Notes: a model not told the origin generated them from the letters alone. DNA of 64,000 bases from Candidatus Poribacteria bacterium (GCA_964291315.2 OZ219753.1:2304001-2368000); one strand, 5' to 3'. Positions 9,511-20,105 are shown, counted from the stretch's first letter. A program made the numbers and translations.

Positions 9511-11463
9511 TTGCAGCCAACACATGAAAATCGTATCTCAGGACGTTCCATCGTCCTCGGTATCTGCTTCATTATTGCTATATGTTGCCTCGTTTCCTAT
9601 GCTGAATTAGTAATTACCTACATCCAAATCGGGTTTTTACAGCTGCCGCCTGCTGTCATCGGCCTGTTCTTTTTTTTGGTATTAGGGAACCGGCTGCTCG
9701 AAAAACTGAACAACCGATTCAGACTGTCCCCGCGGGAACTCATGAGCATTTACTGCATGATGCTTGTTGCTTCAATGATTTCGTCCCGCGGGGTGATGGA
9801 AAAACTGATTCCTGCCCTCATCGCAATTAACTATTTCACTAACGAAACCAACAGTTGGGATACGCTCTTTTTTTCACATATCAAGCCGTGGCTGATTCCA
9901 TTTTCACCCGAACAGAAAGGACAAGCGGGAATTGCTGTCAGTTTCTATGAAGGTATACAGACCGGGGACGTAATTCCGTGGCGTGCATGGTTGGAACCGC
10001 TGTGTGTCTGGGGCGTGCTTGTCTTTTTTGTGTTCACAGCTTTCCTTTGTCTCGCAGCGATTCTACGAAGACAATGGATCGAAAACGAAAAACTGACTTT
10101 TCCATTGGTCGCGCTTCCACTTGAGTTTGTACATGAAGGGCGCGGCTTTTTTAAAAATCGCCTCATGTGGTTAGGGTTTGCACTGCCTGCTCTCATCTTT
10201 AGCTTAAACGGCCTTCATGAGATCTATCCACAAATTCCGGGTATCTCACTTCAATATCTACTCAATCAACACTTCACGGATCAACCTTTTAATGCCATCG
10301 CCTATACGCCCATTTTCCTCTCTTTCGCAGCGGTAGGATTTTTCTACTTACTGCCGACACAACTACTTTTTAGTTTATGGTTCTTTTTCTTATTCACACG
10401 ATTCCAAGACGTTGTCGCAGCACTGTTTGGTTTGCGGGTGAGTGGGATGCCGCTCTACCCAACGAGACTCTATTTGGGTTATCAAGCCGCTGGGGCTTAT
10501 GTCGTGTTGGTTATTTCGTTTATCTATATGGGATTTCCACACTTTAGACGCGTGTTCCGCCGAGCGTTTACGGCAGATAAAGCAGATGACACTGCAGAAC
10601 TTATGCCTTATCGAATAGCAGTCTGTGGACTCATTGTTAGTTTGACGCTTGCAATAGCATGGTGTTACGCAGCAGGACTGAATTTAGGATTTGCTGCCTT
10701 CGAGATACTTGTTTATATTGGCATTATTGGCGTGGTAATGGCACGCAGCACCGCTGAGGGGGGATTGCTGATGACAGAGACATCGTTTCGGCCCATTGAT
10801 CTCTATCAACTCATCGCCACTAAAGCAACCCTCGGGGCACAGAGCCTCACCATACTCTCGTTTCTTGATGCTATCTTTACTCGAGACCAACGTGGATTAA
10901 TTCTAACAGGTTTCTTAGATGGTTTAAAAATTAGAGACCGGGTCGGCATGTCCTACCGGTCACTCTTGGGGATATTTGTCTTAGGGTGCGCGCTTGCTTT
11001 TTTATGTGCTGCTGCCATCCATTTATGGCTGCCTTATACGCATGGGGCAAATCACATGTATAGCTACACCTATCAAGGCAACCCGCTTTGGGCATTTCGA
11101 GACAACGTCGGCGCGATGGAAGGATTAACGGAAAACTTACGCCCAACAAGCGCCCTCTTTTTCGGGATCGGTGCATTCGTGACGACTGGACTGGTCATTT
11201 TGCGGATGTTATACTGGTGGTGGCCCCTGCACCCGCTAGGGTATGCGTTATCGCCTTCGTGGACGCTTATTGTATTTTGGTTTCCGGTTCTAATTGCATG
11301 GGGGATTAAAACCCCGATCCTGCGTTACAGTGGCATCCGGCAATATCAGCGTCTTCGTCCTTTTTTCCTAGGCATGATCTTCGGTGAATTTAGCATGGCG
11401 GTTGTGTGGACGCTCATCAGCTGGGGTTTAAATGTACCAGCCCCCTTCTTTCCCTGGCCGTAA
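9511..11463 (+). CDS. Polytopic membrane protein, DUF6785/DUF6784-like (putative peptide transporter-like)
   Basis: 650 aa with many TM segments; RRQWIENEKLTFPL, WWPLHPLGY and RPFFLGMIFGE motifs typical of this family. Confidence 0.7.
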   Translation: MQPTHENRISGRSIVLGICFIIAICCLVSYAELVITYIQIGFLQLPPAVIGLFFFLVLGNRLLEKLNNRFRLSPRELMSIYCMMLVASMISSRGVMEKLIPALIAINYFTNETNSWDTLFFSHIKPWLIPFSPEQKGQAGIAVSFYEGIQTGDVIPWRAWLEPLCVWGVLVFFVFTAFLCLAAILRRQWIENEKLTFPLVALPLEFVHEGRGFFKNRLMWLGFALPALIFSLNGLHEIYPQIPGISLQYLLNQHFTDQPFNAIAYTPIFLSFAAVGFFYLLPTQLLFSLWFFFLFTRFQDVVAALFGLRVSGMPLYPTRLYLGYQAAGAYVVLVISFIYMGFPHFRRVFRRAFTADKADDTAELMPYRIAVCGLIVSLTLAIAWCYAAGLNLGFAAFEILVYIGIIGVVMARSTAEGGLLMTETSFRPIDLYQLIATKATLGAQSLTILSFLDAIFTRDQRGLILTGFLDGLKIRDRVGMSYRSLLGIFVLGCALAFLCAAAIHLWLPYTHGANHMYSYTYQGNPLWAFRDNVGAMEGLTENLRPTSALFFGIGAFVTTGLVILRMLYWWWPLHPLGYALSPSWTLIVFWFPVLIAWGIKTPILRYSGIRQYQRLRPFFLGMIFGEFSMAVVWTLISWGLNVPAPFFPWP

Positions 11464-11481
11464 GCGTCGGACTTTATAGGT

Positions 11482-12591
11482 TCACGCAGCACTTCGATCA
11501 CGTGCTGTAACCTCCCAAGTGCCCCGACAATATCCCTCAGCATCTATGACGTAATAAAACGGATGGAGTGCAACACATGGGCAGATATGCGTCGGACAGA
11601 CGTAAATCTCTTGTCCAATGCACATTGGTGCACTGTCAGGAACGTTAATTGCCCAATGCTCTTCATGTTGTTTGTCTACTTCAGCAAGGTCAACATTCAA
11701 AATGACCCCACGGACCCCGTCAGGATCTGCAGCAATGGCTTTATGTCCTAAATCGAGGGTAATCCGATTCCGGGTAGGAATACTGATGACTCGGCTCAGA
11801 AGCAGTGCTGCTGGCGTAAAAGCGAGGTCAGGGAAGTGTGTTGTGTAACCGTAATCATAGAAGACGAAGGTTCCTGGCGATGCTTCTACCCCCGGGGTTT
11901 TTGCATAAATTGGGAATGTCGGTGTGCCGCCGATGACAATCGATGGAATCTCAAACCCTTTGGTAGAAAGTCTGTCCTGCATCTCTTCTACCTGCGCGAG
12001 ACTCTTGTTGCAGGAGGCTTGCCGCTCAGCAATATCTTCATCGTGGATATGTCCATCGTAGACGTGTAAACCCCACGGCTGCAATCCGGCCGACAGGCTA
12101 AGCTGTGTGTAGAGATTAACTGCTGCGTCCCCGACCGGGATTCCTGTGCGGTGCATACCGACATCCAAATCCAGCATGACCTTGACAGTCAAACCTGATC
12201 TCGCTACCGCTGCCGAGAGTGCCGTTACTGCTTCCGAGTGATCTACGACGACCTTAAAACCAGCATCCGGATATGCCAATTGCAGTGAAACAAACCGCTT
12301 GATATTGGGGCCCACCATCTGATACGCAATCAAAATATCCTTTATACCATTTTGTGCTAACATCTCTGCTTCGCGCAAAGTCGAGCATTTGTGCTTATAG
12401 ATACCAGCGTCACGTTCCATAGCAATAATCTCTGCAGTTTTATGTGTTTTCGCATGTGGTCTAAGCTTTGAAACATTCCCATTAACAGTAGCAATCGCTT
12501 GTTCAATATTCTGCCGAACCTGTGCAAGATAGACAACCAGTGATGGACTCGGTATTGTCTCAACGTTCTGAATCTCGTATTTCCTATTCAT
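11482..12591 (-). CDS. D-threonine aldolase/DSD1 family PLP-dependent enzyme
   Basis: RPHAKTHK PLP lysine, DVGMHRTG, YDGH, GGTPT, EEH, PTHICP. Confidence 0.9.
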   Translation of the reverse strand: MNRKYEIQNVETIPSPSLVVYLAQVRQNIEQAIATVNGNVSKLRPHAKTHKTAEIIAMERDAGIYKHKCSTLREAEMLAQNGIKDILIAYQMVGPNIKRFVSLQLAYPDAGFKVVVDHSEAVTALSAAVARSGLTVKVMLDLDVGMHRTGIPVGDAAVNLYTQLSLSAGLQPWGLHVYDGHIHDEDIAERQASCNKSLAQVEEMQDRLSTKGFEIPSIVIGGTPTFPIYAKTPGVEASPGTFVFYDYGYTTHFPDLAFTPAALLLSRVISIPTRNRITLDLGHKAIAADPDGVRGVILNVDLAEVDKQHEEHWAINVPDSAPMCIGQEIYVCPTHICPCVALHPFYYVIDAEGYCRGTWEVTARDRSAA

Positions 12592-12767
12592 GGCATTACC
12601 TCTTTGTGTGAAGTCGGAGATAGTGAAATCGGAAAGATACACCTATTCTACACAATCAGTAAAATAAAGTCAATCTCAATCAGATCATTGCGATTTAGCT
12701 TCCGTATAGGATTGCACCAAATCTCGTCCCGCATTGACCGCTGATTGCTACCTTTATGCTATTTCAC

Positions 12768-12796
12768 TTGCATATAACCTCAAAAATGTATATAAT
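12768..12796 (+). promoter_or_regulatory. sigma70-type promoter
   Basis: TTGCAT-N17-TATAAT. Confidence 0.55.
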
Positions 12797-12902
12797 AATA
12801 TACTACGGTGTTGTGAGGCGTAGTGTGGATGAGTGATGAACGTCAATACCTCCAGTCTCCCCACGGAGTAGAGACGAACAGACGAACAATAGAAGGTTAA
12901 GG

Positions 12903-13122
12903 ATGTATCCATTTTTAGTGTTAATTACCGGTGTTGCTTCCGTTTCAGATTACATGTAGTAATCTGCATTGGCCTATGCGCAGATAACACACCGACCATT
13001 TATTGAAGACGGATGGGGAGGGCACTGGTCTTCGGATAAGAGCGGTACCGATGCAAAAGTCGCTGTTGATGATGTTGTTATCTATCATTGTGCTTTAGAT
13101 AACAAAAAGGTTATGAAGAATT
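12903..13122 (+). pseudogene. Remnant of a secreted LamG-like jelly-roll protein gene
   Basis: ATG 12903 and a hydrophobic leader interrupted by TAG TAA. The same frame continues AYAQ...FIEDGWGGHWSSD and VDDVVIYHCALDNKKVMKN, resembling the first and last motifs of LamG-like domains with the middle missing. Confidence 0.45.
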
Positions 13123-13249
13123 GCCGAACCGTCTTTGATGCTGACCTTCAGGAAAATTTACTATTACGAGGGTTTTCAAAGCTCTCAATTTTCGTAGAGG
13201 CGGCCGAATCCTATCTAGCTGCCTTCCAAAACGGAGGAGTCCAACCGCC

Positions 13250-13813
13250 ATGGCAAAGTTGTACTCTAATATCCCTCAAAAACTACAAGAATTTATCAAA
13301 TCTCAAAAAATCTTCTTTGTCGCAACTGCAACGTCCGACAGTCGGATTAATTTGTCTCCTAAGGGCATGGATTCGCTGCGCGTTCTTAATGAAAACCGGG
13401 TCGCTTGGCTGAACGTAACAGGGAGTGGAAACGAAACTGCTGCACACGTTCAAGAGAACCCTCGGATGACAATTATGTTGACAGCTTTTGCTGAAGCACC
13501 TTTGATCCTCCGACTCTACGGCACTGCAAAGGCTATTCATAAAGACGATGTGGAATGGCAGCACCTCCGCCCACTGTTTCCGCCACTGCCAGGTGCACGA
13601 CAGATCTTCGACATTAATATCGACCTTGTGCAAACCTCTTGCGGAATGGCTGTTCCGCTTTACGACTACACAGGTGAAAGAGAACAACTGAATACTTGGG
13701 CAACCAAGAAAGGTGAACAAGGTGTCACGGCATATTGGAAAGAAGTTAACCACACCAGTCTCGATGGAAAACCGACCCATTTTGCTACCTCAAAGCAAAA
13801 TCAGATACAATAG
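13250..13813 (+). CDS. Pyridoxamine 5'-phosphate oxidase-like FMN-binding protein
   Basis: FFVATA, NLSPKG, TGSGNETAAH, ILRLYG, VQTSCG, SLDGKP; GGAGG SD. Confidence 0.9.
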   Translation: MAKLYSNIPQKLQEFIKSQKIFFVATATSDSRINLSPKGMDSLRVLNENRVAWLNVTGSGNETAAHVQENPRMTIMLTAFAEAPLILRLYGTAKAIHKDDVEWQHLRPLFPPLPGARQIFDINIDLVQTSCGMAVPLYDYTGEREQLNTWATKKGEQGVTAYWKEVNHTSLDGKPTHFATSKQNQIQ

Positions 13814-13832
13814 ACTCAGAGCTGCCGCTAAA

Positions 13833-16439
13833 ATGAAATTGTTACTATCTTCTTTGATCACGTTTTTTATAACGTCCGTTTTTGCTGTACAAGCTCTGCC
13901 CCCGGATCCTGAACTCCAAAGTGCGATTCAGACTGCACAGAAATTCAGAAATCTCAAGCCGAGATACACTGCAGATGAAATCACAGAATGTGCCACCGAT
14001 AGTTTCGTCACGATTGCTAAGAATTGGCGCAATTTACCTTCAATATACCGGGAGGAGCTCAAACCACTTTTTCTACGCCCCGGGCTCCCGGGGAGTTTCT
14101 TCGGTGAGATTGAACTGTCAGAACATTTCAATACGCCGCACTTCAGACTCCACTACACGCGCACGGGTCCGCATGCGCCTCCGCTTGAGGATTTCCATCC
14201 GCGCAACGGTGTCCCGGATTATGTCGATCGCTGTGCCGATGCAATGGAACGTGCGTATCACGTCCAAATTGATTTGATGGACTTCAAGATTCCCTACATA
14301 GACTTTTGGGCAGCACAAAACGGGGGTAACCATAAATACGATGTCTATATCTTTACCTTCCCTGCTCTCGGTATTACAACAGCCGATTGGTTTGAGGGGC
14401 GCGTCTTATCGACCGCGTTGACAATCGCCCCCTATTTCATGATTAATTCCCGTATCTACGATTATGTGGGAAAAATGGAGGGACTCCGTTATCTGGATAC
14501 AACCTGTACTCATGAATTCCTTCACGGTGTGCAGTTCGGGTACAACGCCTATATGCCGACGTGGTTTATGGAAGCATCTGCAACGTGGATAGAGGCGATA
14601 ACCTACGACGGCGGCGAGATTGAAGACGGCGATACGATCCCCGATCCAGATGAACCCAACGAGACGAACGCCTACAACTACTACACCCATCAGCTCCGCC
14701 GCTGGTTTCTAATCCCCGATATCTCGCTCGACAGCCGCATCGGCGACCACGAATACGGCTCCGTTATTTGGACACTGTATATGACTGAACGGTTTGGTTA
14801 CGATGTTGTTCGACAACTTTACAGAAATACCACCGACGGCAGTTACCGCGAGATGGGAAATTTTTATGATGTCTTTATCAATAACGGCACAACGCTCTGC
14901 GAAGCGTTCAAGACCTTTACCGTTTGGAATTATTTCACCTATACGCGCGCCAATACGACCACAGAAATAGAGGGTTACAAAAACGCGCACCGATTTCCGC
15001 CTGTCGCCATTCATCCAAACGACGTTCACACCACCTATCCTGTCCGCATCGATTTCGACTCCGAGTCAATGCCTGAACATTTTTCGGCACGTTACCTTGT
15101 CTTTCGTCCAACAGGCGTTTTCCCAGAATTCGCGATCAAAATTGATGGTGCAGATCTCGGACCTGTGGACCTCCGACGCTTGTCTCTCGAAGATCAAGAG
15201 GACATTCGAAGCGAATTACAACGACACAACGGGACAGGCTTACGCGGATGGGCGGCCAAATTTATTGTCAAAAAACGGAACGGTACTACTGAAATTAGAG
15301 AGGCGTTCACCTACCACCGTTCTCAAGAAGCACAAATGACATTTAAAGACTTTGGCGGCGACATCCAAGAGATCACTCTGATTCTAATAAATATGCATCC
15401 TGACATCGAACGGGTGATAGTTCCGGGCGGCAGTTTCGGAGGATCTGTTACTTATATAGCAGGCGCACCTCCAGCGGGCAAGCTGTCGAACGTACAGGTA
15501 TCCGAGGATTTGAGCGGCCCCATTGTAATGTGGAATGTTGACGACCCCACTGGCATTCGAGAAGTCGCAATCGTAAGAAGACGCTCCCTACTCCTACGTG
15601 AAACGGATGTTCCACTCCGCTTTCAAAATTCAAACGAAGTCCTTGGAGCCGCTGACCATAACAACAACGGCATCCCGGAAGACGATATAACCGTTGTTGG
15701 CCGCGTAGATGTGGCCCAAACACAGTTCCAAGACACGACCCTCTTTGAAAGTATTGATGTCACCAGCGATTCGTTTGATACAAACAACCTACATGCTTAT
15801 TATGCAGTTGTACCTGTTGGCACTAACGGACTTATGGGCACACCGAGTATCATGCAAGACAGCGTTACGCCTGTTGTAGATGCAACAAGCGCAGCCCCTG
15901 CCTTTTTTATTCGTACGCAACCGTACGGCACGGGCGAATGGCAGGTTCAAGTCCGAAGTACGCACCCCCTACAAGATATACCACACCTAAAAGTAGAGAC
16001 TCCCGATAGGAACCGGTATGCCGTGCTTTTAAAGCGAGAAACCGAAACAAAATGGATCGGAACATTTCGTACAACCGGATTTCCCCCGATAGGTACTTAT
16101 TTCTATAAAATCCACGGAGAGACAGCGGGTGGAGTAGCCGGCACACAAATTTGGCAAGGACAAACCTTCAATTATATGGCAAGTCGCGCAAACCAAACTG
16201 TCACAGTTGCACCGAACCCGCTTCACGCCGGGCAGGGGCAACACCTCACTTTCTATCCGAAGGGCTTAACCGTTGAAATCTATGACACCTTAGGGAATCT
16301 AATTAAAGTCCTAAACGATGCTACGCAGTGGGATTGCACCAATGCCCGCGGCGAAATGGTCTGTGCAGGACTCTACTTCTTCCGAGCAACCGATGGAAAC
16401 GGCTTCCAAAGCATTGGAAAATTTTGTGTGGTAAAATAG
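13833..16439 (+). CDS. Secreted putative zinc metalloprotease (MXAN_6640-like) with a C-terminal T9SS-like/FlgD Ig domain
   Basis: Signal peptide, NGVPDYVD, HEFLH...WFMEASATW, C-terminal PNP...IYDTLGNLIKVL...WDC...GLYFFR. Confidence 0.7.
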   Translation: MKLLLSSLITFFITSVFAVQALPPDPELQSAIQTAQKFRNLKPRYTADEITECATDSFVTIAKNWRNLPSIYREELKPLFLRPGLPGSFFGEIELSEHFNTPHFRLHYTRTGPHAPPLEDFHPRNGVPDYVDRCADAMERAYHVQIDLMDFKIPYIDFWAAQNGGNHKYDVYIFTFPALGITTADWFEGRVLSTALTIAPYFMINSRIYDYVGKMEGLRYLDTTCTHEFLHGVQFGYNAYMPTWFMEASATWIEAITYDGGEIEDGDTIPDPDEPNETNAYNYYTHQLRRWFLIPDISLDSRIGDHEYGSVIWTLYMTERFGYDVVRQLYRNTTDGSYREMGNFYDVFINNGTTLCEAFKTFTVWNYFTYTRANTTTEIEGYKNAHRFPPVAIHPNDVHTTYPVRIDFDSESMPEHFSARYLVFRPTGVFPEFAIKIDGADLGPVDLRRLSLEDQEDIRSELQRHNGTGLRGWAAKFIVKKRNGTTEIREAFTYHRSQEAQMTFKDFGGDIQEITLILINMHPDIERVIVPGGSFGGSVTYIAGAPPAGKLSNVQVSEDLSGPIVMWNVDDPTGIREVAIVRRRSLLLRETDVPLRFQNSNEVLGAADHNNNGIPEDDITVVGRVDVAQTQFQDTTLFESIDVTSDSFDTNNLHAYYAVVPVGTNGLMGTPSIMQDSVTPVVDATSAAPAFFIRTQPYGTGEWQVQVRSTHPLQDIPHLKVETPDRNRYAVLLKRETETKWIGTFRTTGFPPIGTYFYKIHGETAGGVAGTQIWQGQTFNYMASRANQTVTVAPNPLHAGQGQHLTFYPKGLTVEIYDTLGNLIKVLNDATQWDCTNARGEMVCAGLYFFRATDGNGFQSIGKFCVVK

Positions 16440-16560
16440 ATGTCAGACACCAATCGTTGGTTATTTGTCAAACATGTGATGGAAGGGAACAGTGTTAACT
16501 GACAGATATGAGAGGCGGCGAGAATTGAAGCCTGATAACTTCTAAAATTGAAAGTTAGTT

Positions 16561-17385
16561 ATGCTAAAAACGTTATACTGTTATTCCACTATTTTCTTTC
16601 TAGCCTTCCTCGCTGCATGCGGAGATGAAGGACTAGTTGATCCATACGGTGAAACCACTCTTCTGCCTCCTGAGACAAGCGGTCTCCGCGCCATCGATTT
16701 TCCGACGGCTACAGGCTCAGCCTGGACGTACATCAACGTTGAAACCGAGCAGGAATTCACAATTCGAATTGAAGGCACACGCGATATTAGCGGCACAACG
16801 CACCGGCAGCTAAGCATCAGTGCAATTACCACTGAAACCCCAGAAGAGTTGATCCTTGACACTGTGGATCACTTGGCAGCAAACGCCTATTACTTTCGAT
16901 TGGATACCGAGTTTTACGACGCGTTCTCATTTCCTGTTTTATCAACATATTTTTTTAAGACCTCACAGGCATTGATAGAATCTGCTTTTGACATCTATCT
17001 ACCTATCGAGAACCCGGTCTATCACGCGAAGCATTTCCCACCGCGTCAACTATGGGATTTTCCGCTAGAAGTAGGAAAACAGTGGACTGTTTTTGATAAA
17101 ACTGTGGGGACACCGGTCACTGTCACACGTTATGTTGTCGAGAAAGACGCTCCGGTCACCGTTCCTGCAGGCAGCTACTCGACTTATGTTGTTCAAGAAG
17201 AAGTACTTTACGCGGATAGCCAAGACCCGTCAATTTTCTTGATTAGTCCGCCTGCGATTTATTGGGTTGCGCCCTCAGTAGGTGTCGTCCAATATCGGTA
17301 TAATCGTTACCGAGCCACCGATGGGTTCTCCGCACAAACTTTTGCGCTCAAGAATGCGTACATCCCAGAATCGGTTGAGGAATAG
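16561..17385 (+). CDS. Hypothetical lipoprotein
   Basis: Lipobox LAAC; FPTATGSAWTY, VTVPAGSY and YWVAPSVGVV beta-rich motifs. Confidence 0.75.
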   Translation: MLKTLYCYSTIFFLAFLAACGDEGLVDPYGETTLLPPETSGLRAIDFPTATGSAWTYINVETEQEFTIRIEGTRDISGTTHRQLSISAITTETPEELILDTVDHLAANAYYFRLDTEFYDAFSFPVLSTYFFKTSQALIESAFDIYLPIENPVYHAKHFPPRQLWDFPLEVGKQWTVFDKTVGTPVTVTRYVVEKDAPVTVPAGSYSTYVVQEEVLYADSQDPSIFLISPPAIYWVAPSVGVVQYRYNRYRATDGFSAQTFALKNAYIPESVEE

Positions 17386-17405
17386 CAGATAACAAATAAC
17401 GTTCT

Positions 17406-18650
17406 GTGCTCAACAAAAGCTCTTTAGCCCATCGCAACATACCCATCACTATCATCGGGGGCGGCATCCATGGTATAACCATCGCCTTTCGGTTGCTTCG
17501 CGAAGCCCCGGTAGCAGCGAAACATCTTGCTATTGTTGATCGGTTCCCTCCACCCCTCACGCAATGGCGACGTAAAACGGAACGCCAAGGCATGATGTTT
17601 CTCCGCTCTCCGGCCGTCCATCATATCTCTGCTGACGCACTCGGCATTGTTGAATACGCCGAACGCCACAACCGCACTTCTGAATTAGCATCACCCTATT
17701 TCCAACCCTCTACCCAACTTTTTTGGGACTTCTGTAGCGATACACTTGCGGAGCTTGATCAACATCGGGTCTATTATCAATTTGATGTGACAAAATTACG
17801 TTGGGACAAAGGCGCAGGTCAATTTCCATTCCGTCTCATCTCAAAAGAAAATGATGGCTTTCGGAGTCGGTGTGTCATCCTCGCTGTTGGCGTTGACGAT
17901 TGCCCTTACATACCCCCGGAGTTTACCGAGTGGCAGTACCAGTATCCAGACAGAATTTTGCACGCTTCCGAATTTAATGTAGCTTGTCAGGATAAACGAG
18001 ACAATGAAGAATTTTTTGTTATTGTCGGAGGCGGGTTGACGGCCGGAACGCTCGCCAAAAGTCTAGGTGAACGAGGACACAGGGTCGCCCTGATTGCCCG
18101 GAACCGGCTCAAGACGGAACAATTTGATTTTCCGCCGGTGTGGCTAGGACCCAAGGCGCTGGCTGAATTCGCAAGCGAGACCAATTTTCAGCGGCGTTAC
18201 GACATAATTCAACAAAGCAGAGGGAAAGGGAGCATTACGCCTGATATTATGAAAGCCTTAAGGCGTGCCTCAAACATCGAGATGTATCCAGAGACTTGCA
18301 TCCAGAATATCGCCTCGGTCGGAGAAGGAAATCAACCACAGCGATTGAAGGTTAGCACAAATCGCCTGAACATTCTGAATGTGTCGTGTGTTATCTTGGC
18401 AACCGGCTATCAATTTGATTTGCACCGCTACGGGTTTTTGAAGACGTTAATCGAACAGCACAAGATTCCACTCGTGTGTGGGCTGCCCCGTCTTGATGCC
18501 GATTTACAACTCTATCCGGTCGAAAATCTATTCGGATCTGGCACTATCGCGCAACTTCAGATAGGTCCCGCTTCAGGCAACATCGCCGGGGCAAGTCTCG
18601 CGTATGAACGTCTACGGGAAAAGCTGCTTGGAATAGCAGTTAGTGGTTAG
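17406..18650 (+). CDS. FAD/NAD(P)-dependent oxidoreductase (lysine/ornithine N-monooxygenase-like)
   Basis: IIGGGIHG, LRSPAVHH, IVGGGLT, ILATGY motifs. Confidence 0.8.
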   Translation: MLNKSSLAHRNIPITIIGGGIHGITIAFRLLREAPVAAKHLAIVDRFPPPLTQWRRKTERQGMMFLRSPAVHHISADALGIVEYAERHNRTSELASPYFQPSTQLFWDFCSDTLAELDQHRVYYQFDVTKLRWDKGAGQFPFRLISKENDGFRSRCVILAVGVDDCPYIPPEFTEWQYQYPDRILHASEFNVACQDKRDNEEFFVIVGGGLTAGTLAKSLGERGHRVALIARNRLKTEQFDFPPVWLGPKALAEFASETNFQRRYDIIQQSRGKGSITPDIMKALRRASNIEMYPETCIQNIASVGEGNQPQRLKVSTNRLNILNVSCVILATGYQFDLHRYGFLKTLIEQHKIPLVCGLPRLDADLQLYPVENLFGSGTIAQLQIGPASGNIAGASLAYERLREKLLGIAVSG

Positions 18651-18987
18651 CAAGTCTTGTGGCAGGTGATACCCTTACGGTCCCTACAAGCGGGTTACTG
18701 ACAACTGAGCTCGGAACGGCTTGACGGAAATCGATAGTCCTGCGTGTCAGTGCTTTTCGCTCTGCACAACATCCACAAGAGGGCTCCACTTTGGTAGATG
18801 TGATCGTTTTCTTCGATGGCATAGCAGATCGTGTAGATGTAGGCGACTTTACGGATGCCCCTGTCTTCGCCGGGGATTGCTTAACTTCCGTTTCAACGGG
18901 TGTATCGGTCGTGTAACCGATAAAAGCAACTAGTATTCCAATAATCGCAAGGGCAGTTACACCATAGCGTATGCGAGTTTCTTTCAT
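18640..18987 (-). CDS. Small membrane-anchored protein with a CGCC motif
   Basis: N-terminal TM segment, Thr/Ser/Pro linker, PSCGCCAERK; ATG directly follows the stop of the upstream gene. Confidence 0.7.
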   Translation of the reverse strand: MKETRIRYGVTALAIIGILVAFIGYTTDTPVETEVKQSPAKTGASVKSPTSTRSAMPSKKTITSTKVEPSCGCCAERKALTRRTIDFRQAVPSSVVSNPLVGTVRVSPATRLANH

Positions 18988-19743
18988 TTAGTTGCCCTCC
19001 ATGTGTTCAGGTTTATAGAATTCGTCACCACTTTCTATGGCCCGTTGTGTTACGGCGCGAAGGCGTGCCGCATGTTCAAAATTTCCTGCTTCTTCCATAT
19101 AATCGGCGACTTGATTCCCAATAGCAACTGGAATCTTGTCGCTTTTCAGGGCCGAAAGTATTAGTCGTTGGATTTTGATTGAGATAAAAGGGTTACCGCC
19201 TTGCATGTGAAGCGTCCCCCGTTCTTGATTTATTCTTAGCAGCTCTTCCTCGAGATCAAGAAGTCTGATCGCGACCCCCGGATTTCCATCCGCGTGGGGA
19301 ACTAGGGCTCTCATCTCAGCTTCAATTTCGCGAAGTCTTTGTGATGCTCTTCTTTTTTTATCTGCTGCTAAGGCTTCGGGCGAAGTTCCTCTTCGCTTTG
19401 GCGGCGGGACAACAACCGTCTCTATGGTTGTTGTTTCATCGGAAGCTTGATTATTATCGAAGTTGCCGTTTTGATGGAACTCAGTAACCGTAGGCGCTCC
19501 ATCAATTCGAGACGAGTGTTTTTGCTCTAACGAATTCTGTGTTTCAGCACCCGAACGCTGGGTTACTTGTATTTGATTACTGTTCTCTCTCTTTTCAAGA
19601 GGGACAGTCTTGTAGACCTTTATAGGCGGTGCCGTCTGCCTGAATAACCAAGCTGTTAATGTGGGTTCAAAGGCGATAATAGATAGAACGCCTATTAGCC
19701 CTAATATTCCGTAGAAGTAGTATTTTTCCAGAAAAGATAACAT
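18988..19743 (-). CDS. Membrane-anchored hypothetical protein
   Basis: N-terminal TM segment, low-complexity linker, helical C-terminal region; GGAG SD. Confidence 0.75.
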   Translation of the reverse strand: MLSFLEKYYFYGILGLIGVLSIIAFEPTLTAWLFRQTAPPIKVYKTVPLEKRENSNQIQVTQRSGAETQNSLEQKHSSRIDGAPTVTEFHQNGNFDNNQASDETTTIETVVVPPPKRRGTSPEALAADKKRRASQRLREIEAEMRALVPHADGNPGVAIRLLDLEEELLRINQERGTLHMQGGNPFISIKIQRLILSALKSDKIPVAIGNQVADYMEEAGNFEHAARLRAVTQRAIESGDEFYKPEHMEGN

Positions 19744-19772
19744 GCGTCAAAATCTCCACTTTTTTAACGGGA

Positions 19773-19803
19773 CCCTTGGCAACATATACACTATTGCCAA
19801 GGG
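19773..19803. terminator. Hairpin upstream of the 19743 gene (terminator-like or processing stem)
   Basis: Perfect 10-bp inverted repeat CCCTTGGCAA-N11-TTGCCAAGGG. Confidence 0.45.
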
Positions 19804-19834
19804 AATCCTGCTGATAAGGCGGTTTCCTCATCTT

Positions 19835-20105
19835 TTACGACGAGGAGGGTTCGTACGGCCAACTATCATACTGGCATGAATACCAGCTATGGGGCTTATT
19901 ATGTCCGTCACACCCCCAGATATGATCCGCCCAATGTTCATCATATTCATCGGTTCCGACTACATGCATCGCAGATGTCTTGGACACCGTCTTTACAATA
20001 TTCTATTTCTTCATAGTAAATGACCAAGCAAACTTCTCTAACATAGCAATCCGCGTAGTATCTGAAGGTGTAGGTAGGCGAACCACAGAAGCCTAATTGT
20101 ATCAT
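19835..20105 (-). pseudogene. Cys/aromatic-rich small ORF pair, possibly one frameshifted gene
   Basis: 20105-19947 (52 aa, 6 Cys) overlaps 19969-19835 (44 aa, Trp/His/Tyr/Cys-rich) in a shifted frame; both are below the ORF-track cutoff. Confidence 0.35.

Noticed and set aside
12969-13412. 147-aa ORF as an intact gene
   Set aside because: Its 3' half overlaps the well-supported FMN-binding gene out of frame; the 5' part is better explained as a pseudogene remnant.
19947-19949. TGA ending the Cys-rich micro-ORF as a second Sec codon
   Set aside because: Another TGA follows two codons later, and no SECIS-like stem or Cys-homolog context is evident.
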